From positions 1 through 64,000 of IMG/VR virus record IMGVR_UViG_3300032288_002811: DNA of 64,000 nt; one strand, written 5' to 3'. The notes below the pieces were generated by a model. It saw only the letters and a list, made by a program, of their open reading frames with translations. It did not search any database and was not told the DNA's origin. The stretch comes from a virus. The position numbers and the translations under genes were made by a program. Positions 8,118-18,040 of this stretch are shown one piece after another; the stretch's first letter is position 1, and every line of letters starts with the position of its first letter.

Positions 8118-9809
8118 TTACAACCTATCAGCCATCCTTTTAATGAAGTTTGAATATGTGCCAGCACCATCTGCAACTTCCCACAAATCACCATCAATAA
8201 TCTCAAACTCATGTTCTAGACCATCTTCAATGATAGGTGCCGGCAGAGTTTCATCATCCACTTGGTTCATATTCTCTAATTGTATCTGTTTACGTATGTC
8301 ATGGTTGACAATTTCTTTGAAATATTGTTGGGTTGTTACCCATGAAAAGATGACCAAAGACATAACCATGTCATCATTTGCACCATCTTCCGCAGAAAAC
8401 GAGTTCTTTTGTTGCACAAAGGTTGTCAATTCTGAATAGGTATCAAAGTCATTAATTAATAGTTTGTCACCTTCAATCAAAGTTTTGAGGTTAGAACAAC
8501 CAATAGCCTTGACTTGAGTAGACATCTTCAACCCCATTTGAATACCACGGGCAAAACCAGCAGACAGTTGTTGTGGTTTTTTATTGCCTGTGAATATCTT
8601 CCATAGGTTTTCATATTCAAAATCTTGGTGTAATGAATCTGCAACCTGTGGGTTGTTGTTAATTTCTATCAAAACATAGGCATCATTATAATATCTTGCG
8701 GTATTATAAATGACAGTTGGGAAAAGAATTGCGGTGATTGACGAACTCTTGTATGTTGCCACTTGTTTGTATGGTGTTTGTGAGATATCAATAACCGACA
8801 TTGCAGAACTGTCTAGGTTCTTACCTTCAGAAACGTCTACACAGATACAATATAGATGGTCTGATTTACCTTCATCAACACCTTCTTTGACTGGATGTTC
8901 ATAGATTTTCAACAAATCGTGATTTGCAATTGGATCAGTATACACCAACTGTTGCAGCTTGTAACCAGAAATCAAGGTGTTGGTTGAACCTAAGAACTCT
9001 GTTTCAAACTCTTGTTTGAATTGCCGTTCAGAGGTGTTACGAATTGTTTCTTCTTTCCACTTCTCATCACGACCTGGCACCATAGACCAATGAATTTCAA
9101 AGTTGGTATAGTTATTTTTCTTGTTTAATGAATCCATCCATAACTTGTAGAACAGGTTCATACCGTTCGGTGTAGACACAATAATAATCTTTGTCTTTTT
9201 ACCTGATGAAATTACAGGGTAAACAGAGTTAAAGAATTCTTCAGCAATATTATTTGGAACGAAAGCAAACTCATCCAAGAATACAATGTTAAATGAACCA
9301 CCTCGAATTGCAGAACTGGATGTGGAGGCTGCAATAATCTTAGAACCGTTCTCAAGTTCTACGTTACCTTTGTTCCATGTGACAACACCTTGTTGTAACC
9401 ACATTGGTAAGTTTTCATAAGCAAGTTGGTACTTAGATAAAATATCTCTTGCTAATGAACCTTTGTTGGCCAATACCGCACAGTTTTGTGTGTCAGTAAA
9501 GATAGTTGCCCATAACATATAGGCCACAGTTGTGGTAGTTTTACCAACCTGACGAGGACATTTTGTAATTACAAATCTATTGTTTGCAAACAGATGTAAC
9601 ATTTCTTCCTGAAAACCCCACATAGCAAAGTTTATTAGACCTTCATCTACGTTTACAATTTTAATGTAATTTTTTGCAAAATAAACAGGGTCATTAGAAC
9701 ATTTAATATACTCATCAACCTGTTCTTGTGTATATTCTACCTTGACACCCGACTTTTTAAGTAGAGGGTTGTCACGGTATGCTTCACCAAATTTTAAATC
9801 AACATTCAT
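8118..9809 (-). CDS. gp17: Terminase large subunit, T4 gp17 family
   Basis: Walker A PRQVGKTT, Walker B IVFLDEFAF, coupling motif STPNG, nuclease acidic residues in CVDVSEG and NDDMVM. No intron or intein visible. Confidence 0.98.
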   Translation of the reverse strand: MNVDLKFGEAYRDNPLLKKSGVKVEYTQEQVDEYIKCSNDPVYFAKNYIKIVNVDEGLINFAMWGFQEEMLHLFANNRFVITKCPRQVGKTTTTVAYMLWATIFTDTQNCAVLANKGSLARDILSKYQLAYENLPMWLQQGVVTWNKGNVELENGSKIIAASTSSSAIRGGSFNIVFLDEFAFVPNNIAEEFFNSVYPVISSGKKTKIIIVSTPNGMNLFYKLWMDSLNKKNNYTNFEIHWSMVPGRDEKWKEETIRNTSERQFKQEFETEFLGSTNTLISGYKLQQLVYTDPIANHDLLKIYEHPVKEGVDEGKSDHLYCICVDVSEGKNLDSSAMSVIDISQTPYKQVATYKSSSITAILFPTVIYNTARYYNDAYVLIEINNNPQVADSLHQDFEYENLWKIFTGNKKPQQLSAGFARGIQMGLKMSTQVKAIGCSNLKTLIEGDKLLINDFDTYSELTTFVQQKNSFSAEDGANDDMVMSLVIFSWVTTQQYFKEIVNHDIRKQIQLENMNQVDDETLPAPIIEDGLEHEFEIIDGDLWEVADGAGTYSNFIKRMADRL

Positions 9810-10219
9810 TCTTTACCTTTGAGAAACCTATTCAGTTCGGCTGTTGAACCCACAAAAAGAGCATTGTTAATTTTAGTATCAGCCTCTCTTTTCTTACCAT
9901 CCATCTCACGCATTTCTTTTTGTGTTTTTAATAGTCGGTCATTTGCTTCGACCACGTTCTTTAGTAATGTTGCATATACTTCAAATGCACGTGGATGTTG
10001 GCCTGCACTGGCAATCTGCCGCAATTCTTCCATTGCATCTTTGCCGTTGTCAATTAAGTCTTGTAGATTATTTTTGGATTGTTCGTAGGCATCGACCAGG
10101 TCAGTTTTGAGGTCAATACTATCTGTTGGTTCTTTAGTTACAGGTACTAAAGGTTTCTTTTCTTCTTGTACCGGAGTTACATCAAAGATTTTTTCCATGT
10201 TTTTGTCAAACGTGTTCAT
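9806..10219 (-). CDS. gp16: Terminase small subunit, T4 gp16 family
   Basis: HPRAFEVYATLLK and C-terminal NNALFVGSTAEL motifs; ATGA overlap with gp17. Confidence 0.93.
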   Translation of the reverse strand: MNTFDKNMEKIFDVTPVQEEKKPLVPVTKEPTDSIDLKTDLVDAYEQSKNNLQDLIDNGKDAMEELRQIASAGQHPRAFEVYATLLKNVVEANDRLLKTQKEMREMDGKKREADTKINNALFVGSTAELNRFLKGKE

Positions 10220-10220
10220 A

Positions 10221-10949
10221 TTAAATTCCGTATGTTCCTTTTATTGCATTGTAGTTTTGTGTTATTTCTGCACCAGACAATGCTTTATTATATATACGCA
10301 TTTGGTAAAATACTGGTCGTAATGATGAACTTGTATTGTTCATTTTATCTGTTGCACCAGTACCACCATTTGTATGTCTAGCACCAAATAAGAATTCAGA
10401 TGTTACAAAAAGAGTTTGATTGGTGACTGTTGCAGTTGTTCCAACTTGTGTTCCATTTAAATATAAACTATGACTTGTTCCATTAATAACAAAAATCCAT
10501 TGTCTTATAGAATTACTTGCTGTTATGGTTGCTGTAGCTGGACCACTAGGTTTACCATAAGTTATGCTTGTCGAAGAAGCCATATACGCTAAGTATCCAC
10601 GACCCGCACTATAAGATTCATTACCCCAAATGGTTGCCCAATTTGATGTTGGATTAAATGATGCAACAACTTCAATGGTTGCTGCATTGGTAGAAATATT
10701 ATATGGTACACTTATATAATCTGCACCAACAAAGTCGGCATTGTTTAATTTTACACCACCGCCATTTGCTGATGTGTATGAAGCAGAACCTTGTAGAGTT
10801 GCATTATATCCATTGCCACTTATGTCTGTCCATGTTGTGCCAGATGTAGGCGCCGATGCAAGATTAACTTGTAAACCAGAAGTTACATAATCTGTTACTG
10901 GAGGTGAAGTTATATTCAAACCAGAAATGTTTACGCCTGAGAAATTCAT
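10221..10949 (-). CDS. LamG/concanavalin-A-like lectin domain virion protein
   Basis: SGTTWTDISGNGYNATL, LYLNG, MRIYNKALSGAEITQNYNA are typical LamG-3 phage adhesin motifs. Confidence 0.85.
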   Translation of the reverse strand: MNFSGVNISGLNITSPPVTDYVTSGLQVNLASAPTSGTTWTDISGNGYNATLQGSASYTSANGGGVKLNNADFVGADYISVPYNISTNAATIEVVASFNPTSNWATIWGNESYSAGRGYLAYMASSTSITYGKPSGPATATITASNSIRQWIFVINGTSHSLYLNGTQVGTTATVTNQTLFVTSEFLFGARHTNGGTGATDKMNNTSSSLRPVFYQMRIYNKALSGAEITQNYNAIKGTYGI

Positions 10950-13900
10950 TTATATATCACTCACAACTGTTGATGGGTATTGACGATAAGCTCCAGGCCA
11001 TATAATACGACACGCACCAAACTGACCTGCACCACCATATGCACCAGCTGCACCGCCGCCACCATAATATCCTGCTACTGGTGCTGAAGAAATTGAACTT
11101 GGATATCCATATGTAGAGCCTCCGTCACCACCATTAGTTCCATTTGAACCGCCGCCTCCTCCGCTTGGATTATAATAACCATTTGCAATATTTCCTGCGC
11201 CGCCTGCACCATTGCTACCGCCGCCATTGAACGTAACGCCTCCACCAGCACCTGATGCATTACGATATGTAGTAGTTGGTGACCTGTTTGGAGCATCATT
11301 TCCTCCTCCACCACCACCGCCGCCGCCAGAACCGGCAACACCATTGCCTCCAGCTGATGTTCCTCCTGCACCACCAGTGCCAGTATATCCACCAGCTCCG
11401 CCACCACCACTACAGGTCCATCCTGAAGATGGAGTAGCGACACTAACTCCTGCTGTGCCTCCAGCACCACCGGCACCACCGCCGGTTCTACTAGTACCAC
11501 CACTTGTACCACCTGTACCACCTGATAGAGCAGCAAGAGCAGAACTAATATCACCTGCACCACCGCCACCGCCTTGTACATAAGTTCCAGCACCAGCAAT
11601 TCTAAAATATGTAGCACCACCAGCGGTATTTGCAGCACCTCCAGCGCCACAGATAACAGTTATAACTTGGCCAGCAGTAACTGAGATATTATTTCCGTAA
11701 GAAAGACCACCACCGCCACCACCAGAACATTTATAATAACCTATACCTCCATTTAAACTTCCGCCGCCACCGCCGCCACCAATAGAGACTACTGATATCG
11801 AGGTTACTCCTGCAGGCACAGTCCATGTTTGTGAAGCACCTGCACCATAATCAAAAGCTTCTTGGCCTTGTGCTTGTTTAAATACAGTAACTTGATATGT
11901 TCTAGTTGTAGTTTCGTCTTGTGCGGTTATTTTTATTTGAAAAACATTGTTACCATCATTTAATGATGCTGGTGAATATGTTACAGTTGATCCATTATTT
12001 GTAATAGAATTAAATCCAGCTCCTTTATCATTGAATTGAATTGTTGCTAGTGAAAATCCAGTTATAAAACTAAACACCAAATTACGGTCACCGCCACCGT
12101 AATCATATATTACGGTGTTTGTATAAGTTGTTGTTCCTGAAGCAAAAGTTGGACTTAATGTTCGAGTTGCACCACCCACATAATTTGTAACAATTAATGA
12201 TGAAAGAGTTGCATCAGTTGAAACTGTTCGAGTAACAACTAAAGTATAAGTCTTTGTTGTACCATCTTCAGCAGTTACCACAATAGTTATTGTATTTGTA
12301 TTAACTCCATATGTTAAATTACTAACAGTATATGCTGAACCAGAAGATACTGAATTTCCATTAACAGTAATCGTAGCATGAGATTCTGTTCTAGTTGGTG
12401 TAACATCTATTGAGCTGGTTGCATTAGTTACTGTGGCTGTATATGATATTGTTGAACTACTGAATGTAGGAGTTAGTGTACCAGAAGATATCGTTAATGC
12501 AGATAAAGTTGCATCATTAGATAACCTGTGTGCTGTTATCGTATAAGTTTTGGTTGTAGTACCATCTTCAGCCGTGACTAATACAGTAATGGTATTATCT
12601 CCTACACTCATAGATAACGAGCCTGATGGCGATCCTGATGTTACAGTAACAGTATTAACTTTTACCGATGCAGAAGCATAATTAAGTGTAGGTGTAACAG
12701 TAACTGATGTTGTTGCATTTGTTAGTGTAACTGTATAAGATGTTGTTGCGGAATCAAATGTGGGAGTTAATGTACCAGAAGATATTGTTAAATTAGATAA
12801 TGTAGCGTCAATAGAAGTTCTACGTACAGTAATTGTATATGTTGTTGTAGTTGTACCATCTTCAGCAGTCACCACTATCGTAATTGTATTATTGCCAACG
12901 TTCATTGAAAGAGAACCAGATGGTGAACCTGATGTTACTGAAACACCATTAACTGTAATAGTTGCAAATGCATTGGTGCGTGTTGGTGTTACTGTAATTG
13001 ATGTTGTAGCATTTGTAATTGTGGCTGTATATGATATTGTTCCACTACCAAATACTGGAGACAAAGTGCCAGAAGAAATTGTTAATGCTGAAAGTGAAGA
13101 TACATTAGATATTCTGTGTACAGTAAGTGTATAAGTTTTAGTTGTTGTACCATCTTCTGCTGTAACAACGACAGTAACAGTATTATCACCAACATTTAAA
13201 CTAATTGAACCTGAAGCCGCACCAGATGTTACCGTAACAGTATTAACAGTAATTGTAGCATGAGATTCTGTTCTAGTTGGTGTAACTGTGATTGAAGATG
13301 TTCCATTTGTTACATTAACCGTGTATGAAGTTGTTGCAGAATCAAAAGATGGACTCAATGTACCAGAAGATGTTGTTAATGCAGATAAAGTTGCATCATT
13401 AGAAATTCTATGTACAGTTATGGTATAAGTTTTGGTTGTAGTACCATCTTCAGCAGTCACCAAAACAGTAATGGTATTATCTCCTACGCTTAAATTAATG
13501 GATGAAGAAGCCGAACCGGATGTTACAGTAACAGTATTAACTTTGACGGAAGCTAAAAAATAATTGAGTGTAGGTGTAACAGTTAATGTTGATACTGCAT
13601 TACCAACAGAAGCTGTATATGAAGTTGTGGAACTACCAAACGTTGGAGATAATGTACCACTAGAAAGAGAGAGTGCAGATAGAGTTGCATCATTAGAAAT
13701 TCTATGTACAGTTATGGTATAAGTTTTGGTTGTAGTACCATCTTCAGCAGTTACTAAAACAGTAATAGTATTATCACCAACGCTCATTGAAAGTGAACCA
13801 GAAGGTGAACCGGATGTTACAGTAACTGTATTAACTTTAACTGATGCTAAAGAATAAAGTGTCGTTGGTGTTACTGTAACTGATGTTGTAGAATTTGAAA

Positions 13901-14636
13901 TTGTGGCTGTATATGATGTGGTTCCAGCACCAAATGTAGGAGTTAAAGTACCAGAAGATATTGTCAATGCAGATAAATCAACAGCATTAGAAATTCTGTG
14001 TACAGTTATGGTATAAGTTTTAGTTGTATTATCTTGTGCAGTTACTGTTACATCTATTATGTTATCTCCAACAGCCATATAAATCGGATCACTTGCTGAA
14101 CCAGATGAAACAATACTACCATTAACTTCAATTTGCGCTGGCGCAGTAACTCCGCTGGCTGCGGTGGGTGTGACTGTTATTGATGATGTAACATTCGTTA
14201 TTGTGGCTGTATATGATGTTGTTCCACTACTGAATGTTGGTGTTAATGTACCACTAGATATGGCCAACGCAGTTAAATTGGCATTATTGGAAAGTCTAGT
14301 TACTGTAATTGTATATGTTTTTGTAAAATAATTATCTCTATCAGTTACAGTTATAGTAACTGTGTTTGGTCCGATGTTCATACCAATAAAACTAGATGTG
14401 GATCCTGACGCCACCACAGTATCATTAACTCTAATTGTTGATAGTATATCAACTGCTGTAGGTGTAAAACTTAAAGAAGTAACATTAGTGGCAATACTAA
14501 ATGAATATTCTGTGGTTGAAGAATCCAAATCAGGATTAAGTAAATACCCGTTTGATATCGTTAAAGAAGTTAATTCTGTTGAAAGCCTTACATCTTTAAT
14601 TGTTATTCCACCAACTTGTAAACCTGAAATTTTCAT
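10950..14636 (-). CDS. Adhesin-like protein: nine cadherin-like beta-sandwich repeats plus glycine-rich C-terminal domain
   Basis: Nine ~98 aa units (S-N-D-A-T-L-S-A-L-x-I-S-S-G-T-L-x-P-x-F...VTAEDGTTTKTYTITV), then WTVPAGVTSISVVSIGGGGGG...GACRIIW, a polyglycine-type domain. Confidence 0.85.
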   Translation of the reverse strand: MKISGLQVGGITIKDVRLSTELTSLTISNGYLLNPDLDSSTTEYSFSIATNVTSLSFTPTAVDILSTIRVNDTVVASGSTSSFIGMNIGPNTVTITVTDRDNYFTKTYTITVTRLSNNANLTALAISSGTLTPTFSSGTTSYTATITNVTSSITVTPTAASGVTAPAQIEVNGSIVSSGSASDPIYMAVGDNIIDVTVTAQDNTTKTYTITVHRISNAVDLSALTISSGTLTPTFGAGTTSYTATISNSTTSVTVTPTTLYSLASVKVNTVTVTSGSPSGSLSMSVGDNTITVLVTAEDGTTTKTYTITVHRISNDATLSALSLSSGTLSPTFGSSTTSYTASVGNAVSTLTVTPTLNYFLASVKVNTVTVTSGSASSSINLSVGDNTITVLVTAEDGTTTKTYTITVHRISNDATLSALTTSSGTLSPSFDSATTSYTVNVTNGTSSITVTPTRTESHATITVNTVTVTSGAASGSISLNVGDNTVTVVVTAEDGTTTKTYTLTVHRISNVSSLSALTISSGTLSPVFGSGTISYTATITNATTSITVTPTRTNAFATITVNGVSVTSGSPSGSLSMNVGNNTITIVVTAEDGTTTTTYTITVRRTSIDATLSNLTISSGTLTPTFDSATTSYTVTLTNATTSVTVTPTLNYASASVKVNTVTVTSGSPSGSLSMSVGDNTITVLVTAEDGTTTKTYTITAHRLSNDATLSALTISSGTLTPTFSSSTISYTATVTNATSSIDVTPTRTESHATITVNGNSVSSGSAYTVSNLTYGVNTNTITIVVTAEDGTTKTYTLVVTRTVSTDATLSSLIVTNYVGGATRTLSPTFASGTTTYTNTVIYDYGGGDRNLVFSFITGFSLATIQFNDKGAGFNSITNNGSTVTYSPASLNDGNNVFQIKITAQDETTTRTYQVTVFKQAQGQEAFDYGAGASQTWTVPAGVTSISVVSIGGGGGGGSLNGGIGYYKCSGGGGGGLSYGNNISVTAGQVITVICGAGGAANTAGGATYFRIAGAGTYVQGGGGGAGDISSALAALSGGTGGTSGGTSRTGGGAGGAGGTAGVSVATPSSGWTCSGGGGAGGYTGTGGAGGTSAGGNGVAGSGGGGGGGGGNDAPNRSPTTTYRNASGAGGGVTFNGGGSNGAGGAGNIANGYYNPSGGGGGSNGTNGGDGGSTYGYPSSISSAPVAGYYGGGGAAGAYGGAGQFGACRIIWPGAYRQYPSTVVSDI
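11880..14585 (-). repeat. Nine tandem ~295 bp coding repeats (cadherin-like beta-sandwich)
   Basis: Recurring DNA such as gtataagttttggttgtagtaccatcttcagc at about 12541, 13424 and 13718; protein repeats obvious in translation. Confidence 0.9.
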
Positions 14637-14642
14637 TTTATA

Positions 14643-15623
14643 TTAAGGGTTTTCTGTTATGGTTTTTGTATACGTATACAAACTGTTTGCGTTTGCATTT
14701 GTTGGATTTGGCTGAACAACTATTTCTGACAAAACGGATGGTACTACCTGATATGATGTAAAATTATAATTTGCATTTGTTATCATACCGTACACTGGTT
14801 GTGATGATATGAAATTACCATTGATTGATGTTAGATGTAGTTTTGAATTACTCCAACTTAAAACTCTAGCTGTTGCTGTTGCGGTACCAGCAGAATAACC
14901 TTGATACACACCTTCACCAATCTGGTAATTACCGATACCTGTATTACCCATATTAAATACAACCACATCTTCTGCTGTAATATTGTTTAGAATATTTGTG
15001 ATAGATGTTGTGATTAAACTGGCACTTGATACTGGACCAAAAATAAAACCTTTGACAGTAAAATTTAATGTCCAAATAACCAATCTTGGGTCTGAACTTC
15101 TATTACCTTCATACTGAACATCTTGTGTTACATTATTTAAGATGATAGGTATTTCTTTGACCATTCCCATTTCTGGAACCAAGTTCAATTTGATTGTATA
15201 GTCCGGAGTAAAGTATGGTAGAATGTGTTCTATAACTTGTGTACCATCTTCAATGTTACGGACATATAGATATAAATTGAAATCGAAATTATAAGGTACT
15301 GGATTATATTGTCCTACAACTGTACCACCAGTTGATGTTGCATAATTTCTTATGTTTGTATTTTGTTTTCTACTTGCATCATATTGTAAACCAGTCATTT
15401 CGAATGATAATCTTGGTAAAGTTATTTGAACTTTTTTGTCCAAATTATAATCTTCTTCCAATCTTAACACATAGTGTTCTTTGGCTGCATATGCGATTGG
15501 TACAATAAACCGTTCAGCTTCAGTCAGGTCTGTATTGTATCTGACCATTGTTATTTCATTAAACAAGTTGCCAAAACCGACAACCAATTTACGAATGATA
15601 CGATTATAGAATATGTTTGCCAT
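14643..15623 (-). CDS. gp15: Tail sheath stabiliser / tail terminator, T4 gp15 family
   Basis: FYNRIIRKLVVGFGNLFN, VPIAY, LPRLSFEMTGLQYDASRK, PVPYNFDF, QVIEHILPYFTPDY, WTLNFTVKGFIFGP. Confidence 0.95.
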   Translation of the reverse strand: MANIFYNRIIRKLVVGFGNLFNEITMVRYNTDLTEAERFIVPIAYAAKEHYVLRLEEDYNLDKKVQITLPRLSFEMTGLQYDASRKQNTNIRNYATSTGGTVVGQYNPVPYNFDFNLYLYVRNIEDGTQVIEHILPYFTPDYTIKLNLVPEMGMVKEIPIILNNVTQDVQYEGNRSSDPRLVIWTLNFTVKGFIFGPVSSASLITTSITNILNNITAEDVVVFNMGNTGIGNYQIGEGVYQGYSAGTATATARVLSWSNSKLHLTSINGNFISSQPVYGMITNANYNFTSYQVVPSVLSEIVVQPNPTNANANSLYTYTKTITENP

Positions 15624-16510
15624 TAAATGTTACCAAAAGGATTTGTTTCACTAAAATCAGCAATAGAATTTGCTTGCTGTTGAATGTATAGGTTGTCATA
15701 TTTTTCATTATTCAATTCAACAGCCAACGGATCAAATGATGTTATTGTATATCGTGCATTACTTGTTGCACCAATAACAAGTGAATTGTTTGCAAACTCA
15801 CCTGCAATATTGGTTACCGATAGTATTCTATTTTCTGTATCCCAACCAGAAACGGTACCAACAACTGTTGCATTTGCTTGTGTGTTATCTGGAGAACGGA
15901 ACACAAGTTCTTTACTTAGGTATATTCCTGAACCACTATTTGACCGCATAGTCAAATCAATTGTATAAGCTGAGTTATCAACCACAATATCAATATCTGG
16001 TACACCAGTATCGATAACTTCTTGTGAGTATTTGAATTTTTCCATTTCCAATTCATAGAAAAATGGAATTTTACGACCTAAACTAAAGAAGTCTTTAGTC
16101 TGGTTAACAAACTTAATTTCAAATAGTTCACCTGTACCATTAAGGAATGGAACATACACCAAATCACCCTCACGTGGTCGTGTAAATGTTTCTTGAGGAA
16201 CTCTTAATGAAAAGGAACGTTTTGAAATGATGACACTAACATTGTTTTTAATTTCAAGGCCAAACTTGGAAAAGAATTCTCTTTCACCACCGTATTCTAA
16301 TACATTTGACAGATAGAATTCAACAGGAAATGCCGTGTTGAATTTTTTAACTGGATCTTCTCCATACAACAAATCTCTGGCTTGGTCATTGTCGTTAGGT
16401 AAATACATACCATCGAAACCCATAATTTTAATGGATTCGACAATCAAATCTTCTACTACTCTCTGTTCACTAAGAGCATTATAGTTATTAAAATACTGCG
16501 AGGTTGCCAT
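15623..16510 (-). CDS. gp14: Neck protein, T4 gp14 family
   Basis: EQRVVEDLIVESIKIMG, LYGEDP, FSKFGLEI, RPREGDLVYVP, LFEIKFV, C-terminal DFSETNPFG. Confidence 0.95.
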   Translation of the reverse strand: MATSQYFNNYNALSEQRVVEDLIVESIKIMGFDGMYLPNDNDQARDLLYGEDPVKKFNTAFPVEFYLSNVLEYGGEREFFSKFGLEIKNNVSVIISKRSFSLRVPQETFTRPREGDLVYVPFLNGTGELFEIKFVNQTKDFFSLGRKIPFFYELEMEKFKYSQEVIDTGVPDIDIVVDNSAYTIDLTMRSNSGSGIYLSKELVFRSPDNTQANATVVGTVSGWDTENRILSVTNIAGEFANNSLVIGATSNARYTITSFDPLAVELNNEKYDNLYIQQQANSIADFSETNPFGNI

Positions 16511-16511
16511 A

Positions 16512-17285
16512 TTAGTTCATGTACCATTCCAGAGGACCACCATAATTGGTAATCATCTCGGTTTCTAATCTTGTTTTCTCACTCAGGCCTTCTTCAAATA
16601 TTTTATCACCATTTAATATCACTCCGCCTGGTAATTGAATGCCACCAAATTTCTTGAGGTTTGAACCCCATTGGATTTTAATAAGATTGGATGTATATTC
16701 TTTTAACCAACGGTCTTCCCATACCCTACCATAAATATCGGCATCTATTATTGCATAACATTCCGCAATAACTGTGGTACCTACTGGTGCTTCCGATGCA
16801 CCCCAAGACCAATCAATGAACAGCTTCTGCATATGTCTCTGGAAACGAATAGGAACCTCACCTGTGAATAGTAATTCAAGTGAACGAAGGTGTTGTTGCG
16901 TTAGGGTATAATTGATGTAGGACGCTGAGGTAAAGTCATACAATTCATTTAGACGCAACTGGTATCTCAAGTCAAACATATTAACTTGAGACAATGAATC
17001 CGAGATTGGGAAAATACGGGTGACACCAACAATTTCCAATGCATTATTGGATGCATCTCTGGCTTCGGTTAAATCCAGAAACTTGTTATTTACATCTGTA
17101 TTTGTTATTTGTTTGATGTAGTATACTTTTTGTAGACCGTCAAAGTGGTAGTCGTGCCAATATTGTAGGGCATCATCAATCCTGTCTTCCACTTGGTCAT
17201 CGTCTACGTTAATGTCAATAACTGGAAAACCCAATCTACGTAAACAATAATCCTTAAATTGTGCTCTGGTTCTTACTGTGGACAT
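16512..17285 (-). CDS. gp13: Neck protein, T4 gp13 family
   Basis: YCLRRLGFPVIDINVDDDQVEDRIDDALQYWHDYHFDG, WLKEYT, QWGSNLKKFGGIQLPGGV. Confidence 0.96.
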   Translation of the reverse strand: MSTVRTRAQFKDYCLRRLGFPVIDINVDDDQVEDRIDDALQYWHDYHFDGLQKVYYIKQITNTDVNNKFLDLTEARDASNNALEIVGVTRIFPISDSLSQVNMFDLRYQLRLNELYDFTSASYINYTLTQQHLRSLELLFTGEVPIRFQRHMQKLFIDWSWGASEAPVGTTVIAECYAIIDADIYGRVWEDRWLKEYTSNLIKIQWGSNLKKFGGIQLPGGVILNGDKIFEEGLSEKTRLETEMITNYGGPLEWYMN

Positions 17286-17307
17286 TACTAAACTCCTTAT
17301 ATTAAGG

Positions 17308-17315
17308 TATTTAGT
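17308..17315 (-). promoter_or_regulatory. Late promoter variant ACTAAATA upstream of gp13
   Basis: Minus strand ACTAAATACCTTAATATAAGGAG before the gp13 ATG. Confidence 0.6.
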
Positions 17316-17318
17316 TGA

Positions 17319-18035
17319 TTACCATTCCAATTTTTCATTCCTGTAAGATGCTCGTCCTGTGTCTGAACGATTGGAAATGGTGGTTTCTCCGTGTACATAT
17401 GGATATGTTTCGGTCGCATATAAACCTTGGTGAGTAACATTAAATAAATCGATACGCATCATAATATCCAAAGAATTATTGATGCCGTGTTGAATCACAT
17501 AACTGATTAAATTTTTGGCCACTACAGGATCAATTGCATATGCATGAGCTCTACACATAAACATCCAATTTGGTCCGTCTTGTGAATATGGCGGCAGAGG
17601 TTGCCTTGGCCAATTATGATTAACCCATTCACTTCCACCAAGATAAACAATACTATTATAACTATTCAATGTTTTCAAACGTTCAAGCATTATGGCATCA
17701 TGTTCAAGTATAACAATTGGTTTATCTATTACCGCACAATGAATCCATAAACTAAGGTGGCTTAGACAACATGCCACTTCTGCTTTGGTTAAATAATGGT
17801 CTGTAATTTTAACCATACTAATGATACTATCATTTTCCATATGTGGTGGTGCCACAATAAGACCAGGAGTTGAGTTGGTACCATCAAATGCGTCCCAAAC
17901 TTTATAAGGCATGCCTACTTTTTCACAACTTTCTTGACAAACTTTTGAATATTTTTCACTTTTTTCATTATCTTTAATGGTAATGATGTATGCAGATTCA
18001 ACATCTATACTGTGACTACGAAATAAATTTAACAT
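17319..18035 (-). CDS. Glycosyltransferase, family 25-like (GT-A)
   Basis: AYIITI...DAFDG, EVACCLSHLSLW, IVILEHDA and AHAYAIDP..AK.L match the GT25 (Lic2A/LgtB-type) motif order. Confidence 0.8.
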   Translation of the reverse strand: MLNLFRSHSIDVESAYIITIKDNEKSEKYSKVCQESCEKVGMPYKVWDAFDGTNSTPGLIVAPPHMENDSIISMVKITDHYLTKAEVACCLSHLSLWIHCAVIDKPIVILEHDAIMLERLKTLNSYNSIVYLGGSEWVNHNWPRQPLPPYSQDGPNWMFMCRAHAYAIDPVVAKNLISYVIQHGINNSLDIMMRIDLFNVTHQGLYATETYPYVHGETTISNRSDTGRASYRNEKLEW

Positions 18036-18040
18036 AATTT

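Noticed and set aside
11212-11583. Proline-rich plus-strand ORF
   Set aside because: Mirror of Gly (GGN) codons in the glycine-rich domain.
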